Part shown: positions 9,133 through 19,344 of the stretch, piece after piece
Layout: every line of letters starts with the position of its first letter
Numbering within the stretch: position 1 is the first letter of the stretch
Assembly (NCBI GenBank): GCA_043228905.1
Contig: JBHGNT010000612.1
Coordinates: 1 to 19,344 of the forward strand
Direction: 5' to 3'
DNA length: 19,344 bases
DNA from: Azolla caroliniana
Lineage: Eukaryota; Plantae; Polypodiophyta
Position numbers and translations under genes: made by a program
Notes under the pieces: model-generated
What the model was told of the DNA's origin: nothing
Seen by the model: only the letters and a program-made list of their open reading frames with translations
Databases searched by the model: none

Positions 9133-9214
9133 ATGGTTGCTCTATTCTTCTTCTTTGCCTCTTTCCTGTCGCTGATCGAGCAGGGATCATCGAACATCAT
9201 CCCCTCCAACTCAG
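9133..9214 (+). CDS. OS9: OS9 exon 1 (signal peptide)
   Basis: AACATGG start context, hydrophobic stretch, donor CAG|GTAATA, phase 1 compatible with exon 2. Confidence 0.8.
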
Positions 9215-9578
9215 GTAATAATTCCCTCGATCTTCTACGCTCTTGTGATGTTTGGGTTGGAAATACCCACCAATTAAGTTTAGCCTATTTTGTTAATTTA
9301 TTTATTTTTCCCCTCCTCAGATGCTCTGCAAGAAGCGTCAAAAACCATTCCTACGTTTTCTGATACATAAAATTGAAGAGAAAACTACAATAAATAAATA
9401 AATGCAATTAAACATGTGGCACGAAAGATTCTGAACTTAGATAGACTGAAGCTTCTACCTTCCGAAATTCTCCAACATATACTGATTCCAAGATGGAGGG
9501 TCTCTGAAGTGAGCAAACCAGCTTTGGTGCCAGATGATAATGGTCATTATTCATCATGGCGTGAATCTGTTGATGACG

Positions 9579-9609
<31 letters not shown>

Positions 9610-9847
9610 TCCCTGCTGGCTTGCTGTTCGGCTTCTGCTGCTTTTGTTGTTAGCACTATTTGGCTCGTTAATCAATTGTTTTGTTCCATCTGGGAATCTT
9701 TGGAAGACATGAAACACCTGATCCCATTCTGACCTTGATATGTGCCCACATGTATAGACATAGACATAGACATAGACATAGACATAGACATAGACATAGA
9801 CATAGACATAGACATAGACATAGACATAGACATAGACATAGACATAG

Positions 9848-9882
<35 letters not shown>

Positions 9883-9916
9883 CATACATACATACATACA
9901 TACATACATACATACA

Positions 9917-9950
<34 letters not shown>

Positions 9951-9951
9951 C

Positions 9952-10032
<81 letters not shown>

Positions 10033-13000
10033 TTTCAATTGTGAATGTAGCGATTGTGGGTTTTGTTCAAAGCCTTCAAGATCCAAGATATCAGATAAAT
10101 CTTCACAATTCAGACTCTGGTTACCAAAGGGTATGCATTTTACTTTTTGGTTATTAAATATTTCTGCAAATATATGCTCAGTCTTTGACCATGGTTTAGA
10201 AATACTGAGCTAATGAAAGATTGATTTGTCAAATTAATCAATAGAAAGCACTGCTTTAAACCATGGAAAATGCTACATTTAAATCCTCTCTACATGCTTT
10301 ATCATATTTTTTTCTTTAAGAAATAATTTCATTACAGAAAATGAGGAGTTTCCTTGCCTTTCTCCAATCCCACTTAACTCATTATTTTCAGCATCTTTGA
10401 GATATATGAGAACATTTACTCTTATTATAGATGCACGTTTTTGCTTCTTGCCAATTGTTTGGCAAACAAAATTTTGAAGATTATGCACATGCCATGTAAC
10501 GCAACAAAGAAGATTATAAACCTATGTGAAAGCAATTGCTGAATGCATGTGTGTCACTTGTGAGCAAATGTTGTTAAACTTTTACCAAATCCAGTGTTTA
10601 AGACCCTCCTGTGAAATCCTGGAGATTTGGGATTCCCTAGTCGCCATCGTTGGGAAAATAAAATTTGAGTGCATAATATCCATTTGTCCTCTTTAAATTT
10701 ATTGAGTTATGAAAATTATGCCTAGGGCATGATTCTGTATTTGCTTATGATTTTGGGAGGGTGGTTCGAATGGTAAAAGCAGCAGAACTTTTAGGGCTCA
10801 AACTTTGAAGAGAAATTGTAGAAGAAAATGAAAAGGAAGAAGAAGTTGTTGGATTTTGTGACAAGATAGGTCATAACAAGTCACAATTCTGAAAAAAGTC
10901 TAATGCAGAAAGAAAAGAAGAAATACACATTAACATCGTTTAAGAATAAAAAAAAGGCCTAGGAGACCAAACAATAGATCTTAAAAGGTTGTTTCATTTT
11001 TTATCTCAGCAAACCAAAATTAATATAACTAAATTGGTGATATTCCTACAGTGCTAGATATTCTCATTAGGTAAGCACTTTAACATCTTGAGTTTAAATT
11101 AAGATTTCTTCCAAGCAAGGTGAAGCACCTTCAGTGTTGGATAATAATAGCCTGGGTTTACTGAAATCATGCATGATGGGGCTGTGGTCCAGATAGATGT
11201 GGCCAATGACCATGAAAAACTGCTACTGCCCAGTCTTCTGTAACCCTTTTGGGGAGTATTGGAGCTTAGTGAGGATGCAATGGCTCTTTGCTGATAATCT
11301 TTTGCAGGTGCATTGTTGTCCTTGAATAATTTCTCTCTATGTCTAGCAATCACAGTGCCAACCATTGTTCTTTGTACTCCATCACGCTGCAGAGTGGGCC
11401 AAAGCCTTGCCCAAACCAATACAATGGCAAACAATAGCACAATTGGCAGATCCATTATTCCATAGTTTATTATACATAGATGCCAGTGTCAACCTCTAAC
11501 TGCTGTCAAGAGGGCTTTAGCTTTCCTATCATCCTATAGAGTGCAAGAGAGAGGTGTATCCATATTAGACATCCTCATGATAAATGCATCTTGTGATGAG
11601 TGAAAAATTTAGGGCCTTACAATGGGCCATTTTATTACCAATAGTAGAGGTGTGTGGGGGTCATGGATGCTTTCATTATCAGATTTAACATATCAATTTA
11701 GATCACTCTATTATTTTTCTCACTTTAGTAATGTCTTAATGTGGAAATCCGACCTATATTGGATCTGGGGTAATGACTTTATCTTTAGCCATGTGATTGG
11801 AACCATTCTTACATCTCAGCATACCAACAATGATTATCTCCAGGTTCTGCCTGCTATTTTGATAACCCTAGTGCCAATCATGAGTACCTTTGCTTTGTTT
11901 TTCTTTCTAATCCTGGAAACCTTTTGGAATTTCAGAAATTTAACTTCTGATGGTAACATCATAGGTTCTAGCAAGGTTTGATATAGGTGAAGCAAAGATA
12001 ATGGATGATCCAATAATTGGAAAATCTGGTGTCCCTACAATGATTCAAATTTTCACATTCTTTAGTGGAACCAGAGTTTAATGAATGCATAGCAGAAGCT
12101 CTCTAGTTATGATAATGTGATAATATGATAACATCATTCTTTATTGAAGTAGGGGGCTAGGCTGCTGATGTAAAATATTAATTCCTGTTGGGGACTCTAA
12201 TGCCATTAGCTCTCCTATAAAATCTGCATGAAGTCTTCAAATAGGTGTTTGAATCACTGATTTGAAATTCATAAGATTTGTTCCAGCCAACAAATGCTGC
12301 TGGTGAAAGGGAATACTTCAGCTTTTATTAAGAGAATATTCAAACCACTCTAAAGTATCTTCCACCTTAGCAATTTTTTCACTTAGACCTTTAGGGAGTT
12401 GGGCCAACATGAAATGATAAATGAATCATTTGGTCGACAACTATCTTCCATCTTAGCAATTATTCTCATTTGATCCTTCAATGAGGTAGGCCAATGTTAA
12501 CCTCTTCATATTGACCTTAGTAAAATTTTGCTATTAATGTAAAACAAATTTTTGTGCTGCCCTCATTTTCATTGTATATTGAATAGTTACTCTGGAGATC
12601 AATCTTTGAGAAAACTTTAAATTTTAACAGGATCCAGATCTGGAAACAATTGTTATGACTGATGGAGAAAAGCGGAAATTTATGTGCACGTTGCCTAAGT
12701 CAGCTGCAGAACAGAAATCAAAAACTGAATCTTCAGAGAGAAATAGTAGCAATGCCAGTTTGACATCAGAGAGAGGAATATCAAAAAGTCCTGATGATTT
12801 ACTTGCAATCCTCAAGGATCAATGTTTTTTAAGGGTGAATTGGTTTTTTGGCTAGCTTTATCAATGTTAGCTCTATTGAAACTTGATATAGACTTGATGT
12901 AAAACGTTCTTCTCACAGCATGAAGGTTGGTGGACATATGAATTTTGCTATCATGGATTGGTAAAACAACTCCATACCAAGGATAAGGTTGGTAAATTAT

Positions 13001-14223
13001 GGACAAAATAAGCGAGATTCTTTGTTTGTAGGTTGTGGGAGTCTCTATTTTGCATTTTTCTTGACTTCCTTTAGATGCTTTTGATGATTGAAATTTCAAG
13101 CCCTGATCGAATTTTTTTGATATTGTATATTTTCCTCATTGGCAAACTTTGTAGTTGCGTGGTGGGTCATATGAAAGGAAATCTTTGTTAATAGAAGCAA
13201 AAGTATTGGTTCTTTTATTAGACATGCTGTTTAAGTTTTTGGACAAATCAAAACTTTAAAGGTTGTATATCTGAGCGATATTGTCATTTGTAATCTCAAG
13301 AATTTAATCACAAAGAATCGTTATCTCTGGATTTTATTGAATCATGATGTTATTTATATTTGTGTCAATTTATGTAACCACAATAATTGATGCAGGTTAT
13401 TCAACAGTTTGTACTTGGTGCATATGATGCTGAGGCAACTTCTAATGTGCACCAGGATGTGACTGATGTTTCTTTACAAAAGGATCATCGCTCAAAAAGT
13501 GCAGCTCAACGGTAAGAGGGGAAGCAATTTTGCAGTGAGCTATGTATATTTACAATAATCATAAATATGAAGATACCATCGTATAGATCAGATTTTCCAT
13601 AGTCATTAGTTGCTGTTCATCTAAGATATATTTTGCTTCGTATTCTACCTTGTCACTAAAAACCTTCAAAAATGTTCAGTTTTTTTGTCTGATGTGGGTG
13701 TGGTTTTTCAGCTACCATTCTCATATATATACCAATGGAACCTTGTGCGATCTTACAAATGAGCCAAGACAAACAGAGGTAAGTGCAAATGCTCATTCTT
13801 ATTGTTCAAAACCGTAATGAACTAAAAACTTAAAGTTGTATAGTTGAATATGTAGGTGAGGTTCGTATGTGCTGATACTGGCAAAAATATGATAGCTTCT
13901 ATCACTGAAGCTTCAACATGCAAATACACTTTGATTTTCCATGCTCCGATTCTTTGCAAGCATCCGTAAGATCATTTGACCCCCAAGGATTTTTATCCCT
14001 TGGATTAGTGTTTTAAATGTTTCTTGCAGACAATGATTGATACCAGTGCTTTTGGGTTATTACATAATTCAGGCTATTTCAAGAGGAAAGGCCACAGTCC
14101 CTTGTAATCAACTGCCAAGAGATGCCGATGCCATCAGAACCAGAGGTGGTTGATAAAGTTGAGGAAGATGGCATTGTAATAAGTGGGGTGCTCCCTCCAT
14201 CACAGGATTTCGACGAGGAATAA
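9133..14223 (+). CDS. OS9: OS-9 homolog, ER-luminal ERAD lectin with MRH/PRKCSH domain; 8 coding exons, 879 nt, 292 aa
   Basis: Exons 9133-9214, 10051-10130, 12631-12834, 12919-12987, 13396-13511, 13712-13778, 13856-13965, 14073-14223. All introns are GT-AG and the phases join into one open frame. Signal peptide MVALFFFFASFLSLI. Motifs RKFMCTLPK, CFLRHEGWWTYEFCYHGLVKQLH, QRYHSHIYTNGTLCDLTNEPRQTEVRFVC and SITEASTCKYTLIFHAPILCKHPLFQEE are colinear with Arabidopsis OS9 (EBS6) as I recall it. Confidence 0.95.
9755..10026. repeat. Compound microsatellite in OS9 intron 1: (TAGACA)16 (TATACA)5 (TACA)16 (TA)n (AG)28
   Basis: Directly visible; unit counts made by hand. Confidence 0.95.
10051..10130 (+). 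CDS. OS9: OS9 exon 2
   Basis: TGTAG| ... AGG|GTATGC. Encodes AIVGFVQSLQDPRYQINLHNSDSGYQR, comparable to the EPKYNIEF region of angiosperm OS9. Confidence 0.85.
12631..12834 (+). CDS. OS9: OS9 exon 3
   Basis: AACAG| DPDLETIVMTDGEKRKFMCTLPK...KSPDDLLAILKDQCFLR |GTGAAT. Confidence 0.93.
12919..12987 (+). CDS. OS9: OS9 exon 4 (WW sugar-binding motif)
   Basis: CACAG| HEGWWTYEFCYHGLVKQLHTKDK |GTTGGT. Confidence 0.9.
13396..13511 (+). CDS. OS9: OS9 exon 5
   Basis: TGCAG| VIQQFVLGAYDAEATS...KDHRSKSAAQR |GTAAGA. Confidence 0.92.
13712..13778 (+). CDS. OS9: OS9 exon 6
   Basis: TTCAG| YHSHIYTNGTLCDLTNEPRQTE |GTAAGT. Confidence 0.95.
13856..13965 (+). CDS. OS9: OS9 exon 7
   Basis: TGTAG| VRFVCADTGKNMIASITEASTCKYTLIFHAPILCKHP |GTAAGA. 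Confidence 0.95.
14073..14223 (+). CDS. OS9: OS9 exon 8 (last coding exon)
   Basis: TTCAG| LFQEERPQSLVINCQEMP...SQDFDEE*, stop TAA at 14221-14223. Confidence 0.92.
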
Positions 14224-16007
14224 CCTTGTTAATTTCATGAAACTTCACAAATGAGCAATATCCTTTCTCCATTTTTTTTTGGTAACAGTTTAGAACTTTA
14301 TTCGCTCCCCTAAATACTTTTGTATACATGGTTTTGCAACTTTTCAACACTCTTGTAAAACCATAATTGTGCATACTAGAAAATTTAGGGTTTAGATTGA
14401 CGGCTTGTGCCATATTTCTCAGTTTCCATTCTGAGAAGCATGTCTTACTTCTATAACATGGGGATATTGCAAAAGATGAAAATGTCAATGTCAAATGGTG
14501 TCAGAATCTCAAACTATCCTCAGATGTAAACTGACTTTGTGATTGTATTACATGTGTTCAAATTCTTATATCACACAATTATTATCCTGCTTCCAAGTTT
14601 TGCAAATTGTTGAAGTTCGTTTGTTGCCAATGTTTGTTTCAGCTGCTTGTCTGTTGCCATTATTTTAGTAGAGAATGAGCAGAAAGAATTTAGAAACATA
14701 CAAAGTAAAATATGAGAGACAATTAATGACTTGAACTCAAGTGATGGGTTGATCTTGGAGCTGTCTTCATGTATAGGGTTTGGCTTACTCTTATGTGATC
14801 CTTTTTGCTTGCATTGAAGTTTTATATTGGTTTGCATCCTTTGCTTGCATAATTCAAAGTTTTGAACTAGTCCGTATGCTTTAGTGACTTGGATGTCAAC
14901 TTTTAATGGTATCTTGAATAGTAGGTTCATGTATAGTAGGTTCATGTCTTTTTTTTTGTTGGGCATTCTATGACTGCATGCACTTGACCACAACCTTTGC
15001 AAATAGCTTATTAGAAAAACCAATTTAGCAAATCTTGCACTTTTTGGTTGGTTGATCGATTATGAAAGATATCTTTCTGGTTTTAATGGTTTTTTGGGTT
15101 GCATAGTGCCTGTTGTTTATTTGGACTTTCACTCAAATTTCGAGGCCCCTGACATCGGAAATACTTGGGAGTGCCCCGTTTCTTTTCGTTCATTTCTGAA
15201 ACACAGACGGCTACCCTTTGGTACCACATAATGAAACAACACTTCATTCAAATTCAAGTTCAATTCACCTATCTGTTTATTATAATACATCCTCTCCCAA
15301 CTTGAGATCATGGTCTATCTTAGTCATTCTTGTTCTTGCACTAAGGATTGATTTGGGTTGTCCATCCTTGATCATTTGAAACTTGTTTTGTTCAGGGGTT
15401 AAGAGCTAGCTTTTGTTGCATTTCATGACATTGGGTCATTGAAGCCATATATGAATACATAGCTTAGCTTGATACAAGCCTAAAGTATCGGCACTTAATT
15501 ATTTTTTGTTAGTTCCTAGTTGTCTATTATGTGGTTGTGGAAAATTTCTTCTAGGGGTATTACTTGTTTGGGGTGCATGTTTGGAGTAAGTTGTAACTTG
15601 GCGCCTTGGTGTTTTGCATTAGGTCTCTCTTTTTGTTATCCTACCTATAGATTGTTCAAATCTTGCAAGTTGAACTACAAACTTCATGCTTTTGTAAATC
15701 ATGAAGCATTTCTTATAATTGTATTTTGGACAAAAGAACATTCCAACAACTAATTGATCTATTAAATTCTTTATATATCTAATAATATGTTTGCCCATCC
15801 TTCTCTAGCATGTTATATGTACATAGAGACATGTACATAGTGTGAAAAAGGCCAAAATGGCTTGTGCTCCTGTCTTTCACCTTTTTTACTTTATTTCCCC
15901 CTTTTTTGAGATATAGGGTGTGTGAGTAAAACCCCTCTATGATATAGCGTGTGACAGCCTCACTCAACGATTCTCTCTTGGCTCTCTGCTCTACTGGTTT
16001 GTAACAG

Positions 16008-16019
16008 TGGTATCAGAGC
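16008..16019 (+). promoter_or_regulatory. tRNA-iMet primer binding site TGGTATCAGAGC
   Basis: Canonical 12-mer, 1 nt after the LTR-terminal CA. Confidence 0.95.
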
Positions 16020-16602
16020 AAGGGAGACAACGATAGGAAGCTTTGGAGTCGGAAGCAACGAGTGTCAGAGACTTGTAGCAGTGGCGTAGGATATTTGTGC
16101 GGCAAGCGTTGGAGTATTGGGCCCAACTGAAGCATCTACCTGCTGTTGGGCATCTACAACATCTTTGACATTGAAGAAAAGAGCCTGCTATTCATAGGTA
16201 TTTCCCCTAATTAAACTCTCACGTTTATTCATCATCTGCAAAACATTTCTGGTGGAAATAAACTGTGGTGGGAGAGATCCCTCCCACATTTGGAAGAGAG
16301 ATTTGGGATCAGTATGAATGTATAGCAAAGCAGATGCCTACAGTTTGTTATTTGGGAAATGTATGCTAGTTAGTATTGTTGATATTTTGGAAGTTATATG
16401 CTTTCATTGGTGTGTGTTATATGCAAGAGTGGTATCAGTCTTTTTTGACAGTTTGTAGCTGATATTTTGGAAGTTGTATGCTTTCAGTGGTGCGTGTTAC
16501 ACGCAATATTGGTTTCAATTTTTGACAGTTTGCCATAAGCTAGTCAATTACTAGTTTTGTTGCCCAATTGTATTTTGTTTCTTGATACTGTCATTCACTC
16601 CC

Positions 16603-17592
16603 ATGGAGTTCGAAATGTTGGATGCATCTAGTAGCACTTCTGTTGGTCGCAATAGTTCAAGTAAGAACTATTCATTTTGGGAAAAGACCATATCGAGATC
16701 CGGAAATTTGATGGATCTAATTTTGCTTTGTGGAAGAATCAGATACGTGGAGTATTGGTTCAAAGAAAGTAAACGAGGCATCTAGGCGGCAAAGTGAAAA
16801 AGCTGGATGACATGGATGATGATGATTGGGAGTAAATTGACGCTTTGACCATGTCTACGATAAGACTGCACTTGGCGGATAGTGTCGATTTCATTGTTTT
16901 AGACAGTAAAAATTCCGAAGAACTTTGGAAAAAATTATGCAATACATATGAGAAGGAAACTGCTGCAAACAAAGTGTTTTTGATGAGAATGCTCTATGAC
17001 CTTCGCATAAAGGACACCAATAGTGTTGCCTCTCATCTAAATGAGTTTAATGCATTATGGTCTCAGTTGCAAGCTCAAAAAGTGACTATGGATGATGAGC
17101 TAAAATGTGTATTTCTATTATGCACTTTGCCTAGCTCGTGGGACACATTTTGCAACACTATTAGTGCTAGTGTACCAAATGGGAAATTGGTCTATAATGA
17201 CATATGTGGAGCACTATTGGGTGAAGAAATTCGTAGGAAATCGATGGTCACCTCACAAGTTGGAGAAGCATATAATGTACGAGATTCTGGTTATGGCAAG
17301 AACCAACAACGTGGTAGAAGCCAAACTAGAAACAACCATGGAAATGATAAGAGCAGAAGCAAATCTAGAAAGAGTCTTATGGAATGCCATTACTGTCACA
17401 AGAAGGGTCATATGAAAAAGGATTGTTATGCCTTGAAGAACAAAGAAAGAGAAAAGGAAAGGGGTAAAAGTCATGGTGATGGGCATGTTATGCAAGTGAC
17501 TGGTTCATCATCCTCAAAGAAAATAGAGGAAATAAATGCTACATGCAATGATGATGTTGACATTCTGGTCATGGATGATGATACTACGTATG
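16603..17592 (+). pseudogene. gag: Copia gag (UBN2/Retrotran_gag_2 plus zf-CCHC), disrupted at the 5' end
   Basis: KNYSFW...; STIRLHLADSV...ELWKKLCNTYEKETAANKVFLMRMLYDLR...LLCTLPSSWDTF; in-frame stops upstream of 16845; cut by solo LTR at 17593. Confidence 0.9.
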
Positions 17593-18355
17593 TGATAGGG
17601 TGTATAAGACAAAGGATTGTTGTACACAATATGAGGGCGTGACCAAGCATATTAGAGAGAGTTGTGAATTAAAATAGATTATAACGACCAAGGTAACTAT
17701 GAATTAGAGAGAGAGACTCAAGAAATTAACACAAAAGATAGAGAAGATGAGAAAGGGGTAAGAATGTTATAATATTCAATTATCAAGACCATACAAAGGA
17801 GATAAACTCCACATTGACCTAAAAAACCAAAGACCTTCTTACTTCTAGTCACTCAAACCCACTACTAAGACCCTTCCTCTTCCACTAAGACACCTCTTCC
17901 CAAGCCTCCTCCTCCTCTATTAGGAACCCTCCTCCTCTAGTAGGATCCTACTCCCAAGACTATCACTTCCTCTTCGTCTTCCTCGTTCACGCTATTTTTA
18001 GAAGCTTTTTATCTCCTTATTTTAGCCAAGACCCAACAACCTTCTAATCATCACATCTCTCTCACCCGAGCTCCAACTTTAGAGATTTAAAAAGCTATAG
18101 ATAGATCTCTTGATAAGCTTTCTAACCCATATTTAAACGTGATATTTGGGTTACAAACGAAAGAGTTTTGACCATTCCTTTTTTATTGTTTTTTATGGCC
18201 CGCTTTTTCTCTTCTTACTTTTCTTTATGTATCTTACTTTTACTTTTGACTACTTCTTAAGATATTGATTCGTGTTCTTTGCCTCCAAATGTGAATGCTG
18301 CATACCTTATATTCTTGTAACGTTCAATGGCTTGAATTCTAAAAACACTTTCACA
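17593..18355. mobile_element. Solo LTR (763 bp) with 5-bp TSD GTATG
   Basis: TG...CA termini. GTATG at 17588-17592 and 18356-18360. Removing it brings gag next to the protease motif. Confidence 0.85.
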
Positions 18356-18449
18356 GTATGTTAAGGTGAATATGGATCACTTGCTTACTCATACAGGTTG
18401 TTGGACTCTGGGGCTTCATTCCATGTGACCCCACATAGAGAGTGGTTCA

Positions 18450-19344
18450 TGCTGAGAAACAAGCTCAACAAAGGTATGTGATGCGTATTGAGAAGTAAGA
18501 TATTCTATAGTAGTTATTAGGAAATTTGCTACTAGTGGACATAAAGGTGAAACAACTATTTAGCCATCTACAACTATTTAGCTATGCACAACTATTTAGC
18601 TAGTCACAGCTAATTAGTTGCATATGTAAGTCACTTATATACTTAGGTAAAAAAGTAAGAGGTAGAGAAGAGAGAGTAGTTGTAAGAGAACAGAAAACTG
18701 ACGAGAGCGAGTTGAGCTCTACGTGTAATCAAATAGAGGAAGCTTTTTGGTTTGGTACATAGAGGTAAGTCTCCTTCCCCCTTCCCTTTCTGTCTTGAGC
18801 ACTAAACAATCCAACACATCACGATCCGTTGTGCACAAAGAAGAGCTGGAGCGCCTTTGTAACATGGTATTAGAGAAGAGTTGTTCGTAAAGAAGATTAG
18901 AGCAGTACAGATCTGAGAAGTTTGGTTCTGGTTGCTGATTTGAATAAGAGAGTTGTCTGTGAAGTTAATCATAGCAAAAGCCCTAATTGAAAGAGAGAAT
19001 GGCTGCTGAGAATGGAAACCAAATAGTCATAGAAAAGTTGGACAAAAACAATTTCCTTGCGTGGAAATTCAGAATGACAAATTTCCTGATGGGAAAAGGA
19101 TATTGGGATGACATTGAAGGAGACCTACAAGAGGCTCTAGAGATCCCTGAAGGAAATGCAACTGTCAAGGGGCAAGGAAAGTATTGCATTGGAATGGAAT
19201 CAAGGGGCAAGGAAAGTATTGCATTGGCTGTCACTTAGCATCTGAGATTCGATGCTTGGACACATACAAGATGATTTGCTTCCAAAAGAAGGTTGGGATA
19301 GTTTGGTAAAACTGTTTGCAATAAACACAAAGGCTAGAAAGCTT
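18450..19344 (+). mobile_element. Second Ty1/Copia element nested in the protease of the first: 5' LTR 18450-18864, PBS 18865-18875, gag from 18999; runs off the window
   Basis: Protease frame stops at ...REWF, then TGCTGAG...GTAACA, then TGGTATTAGAG (Met PBS with one mismatch). Confidence 0.88.
18999..19344 (+). pseudogene. gag: Copia gag N-terminus, frameshifted
   Basis: MAAENGNQIVIEKLDKNNFLAWKFRMTNFLMGKGYWDDIEG..., then in another frame WNQGARKVLHWLSLSI*DSMLGHIQDDLLPKEGWDSLVKLFAINTKARKL. Confidence 0.88.

Larger units (their letters stand above)
15811..18449 (+). mobile_element. Ty1/Copia element (Tork/Tnt1-like): 5' LTR, PBS, gag and protease start; interrupted twice
   Basis: LTR end GTAACA at 16006, PBS at 16008, gag with knuckle CHYCHKKGHMKKDC, protease LLDSGASFHVTPHREWF at about 18400-18448. 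LTR start at 15811 (TGTTA) is a best guess. Confidence 0.85.

Noticed and set aside
9604-10157. Several long ORFs with poly-HR, YV, CL and MS runs
   Set aside because: Artefacts of stop-free microsatellite frames. Only 10051-10130 is a real exon.
10592-10991. hAT-like element starting CAGTGTTTAAGA
   Set aside because: Only a weak partner end (TCTTAAAAGGTTG) and no 8-bp TSD.
11099-11981. 118-aa (-) and 119-aa (+) ORFs in OS9 intron 2 as a nested gene
   Set aside because: No recognisable domain or splice structure. The intron may hold a decayed LINE, but I could not read diagnostic motifs.
14108-15753. ORFs of 60-150 aa downstream of or antisense to OS9
   Set aside because: AT-rich 3' UTR/intergenic composition with no motifs.
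1-19344. CRISPR array, prokaryotic operon/defence system, or hammerhead ribozyme (retrozyme)
   Set aside because: No repeat-spacer array. The gene has spliceosomal introns and the TEs are plant LTR types. CTGATGA occurrences (for example 2532 and 12791) lack the surrounding hammerhead stems and GAAA core.

Overview
Eukaryotic, repeat-rich plant nuclear DNA. The retroelement proteins and microsatellite load suggest a fern or other seed-free plant, which is inference only. One intact host gene sits in the middle: an 8-exon OS-9/Yos9-type ER-associated degradation lectin on the + strand (CDS 9133-14223, 292 aa by my manual splice reconstruction). Left of it (1-8125) is a nest of decayed LTR retrotransposons. 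It comprises a minus-strand non-chromoviral Ty3/Gypsy with two tandem LTR+PBS units, inserted into the integrase of a + strand chromovirus; that chromovirus's 3' LTR, interrupted by a solo LTR with a 4-bp TSD and a tRNA-like Pol III cassette; a Copia 3' end; a fold-back of LTR sequence; a Tcn1-like gag-PR-RT remnant; and a possible LINE fragment. Right of the gene (15811-end) is a Tork/Tnt1-like Copia interrupted by a solo LTR (5-bp TSD) and by a second Copia. I see no convincing new multi-gene system. The most unusual signals are structural: the tandem LTR/TRIM-like unit, the tRNA-like box A/box B inside a solo LTR, the LTR fold-back, and a stepwise compound microsatellite abutting a splice acceptor.
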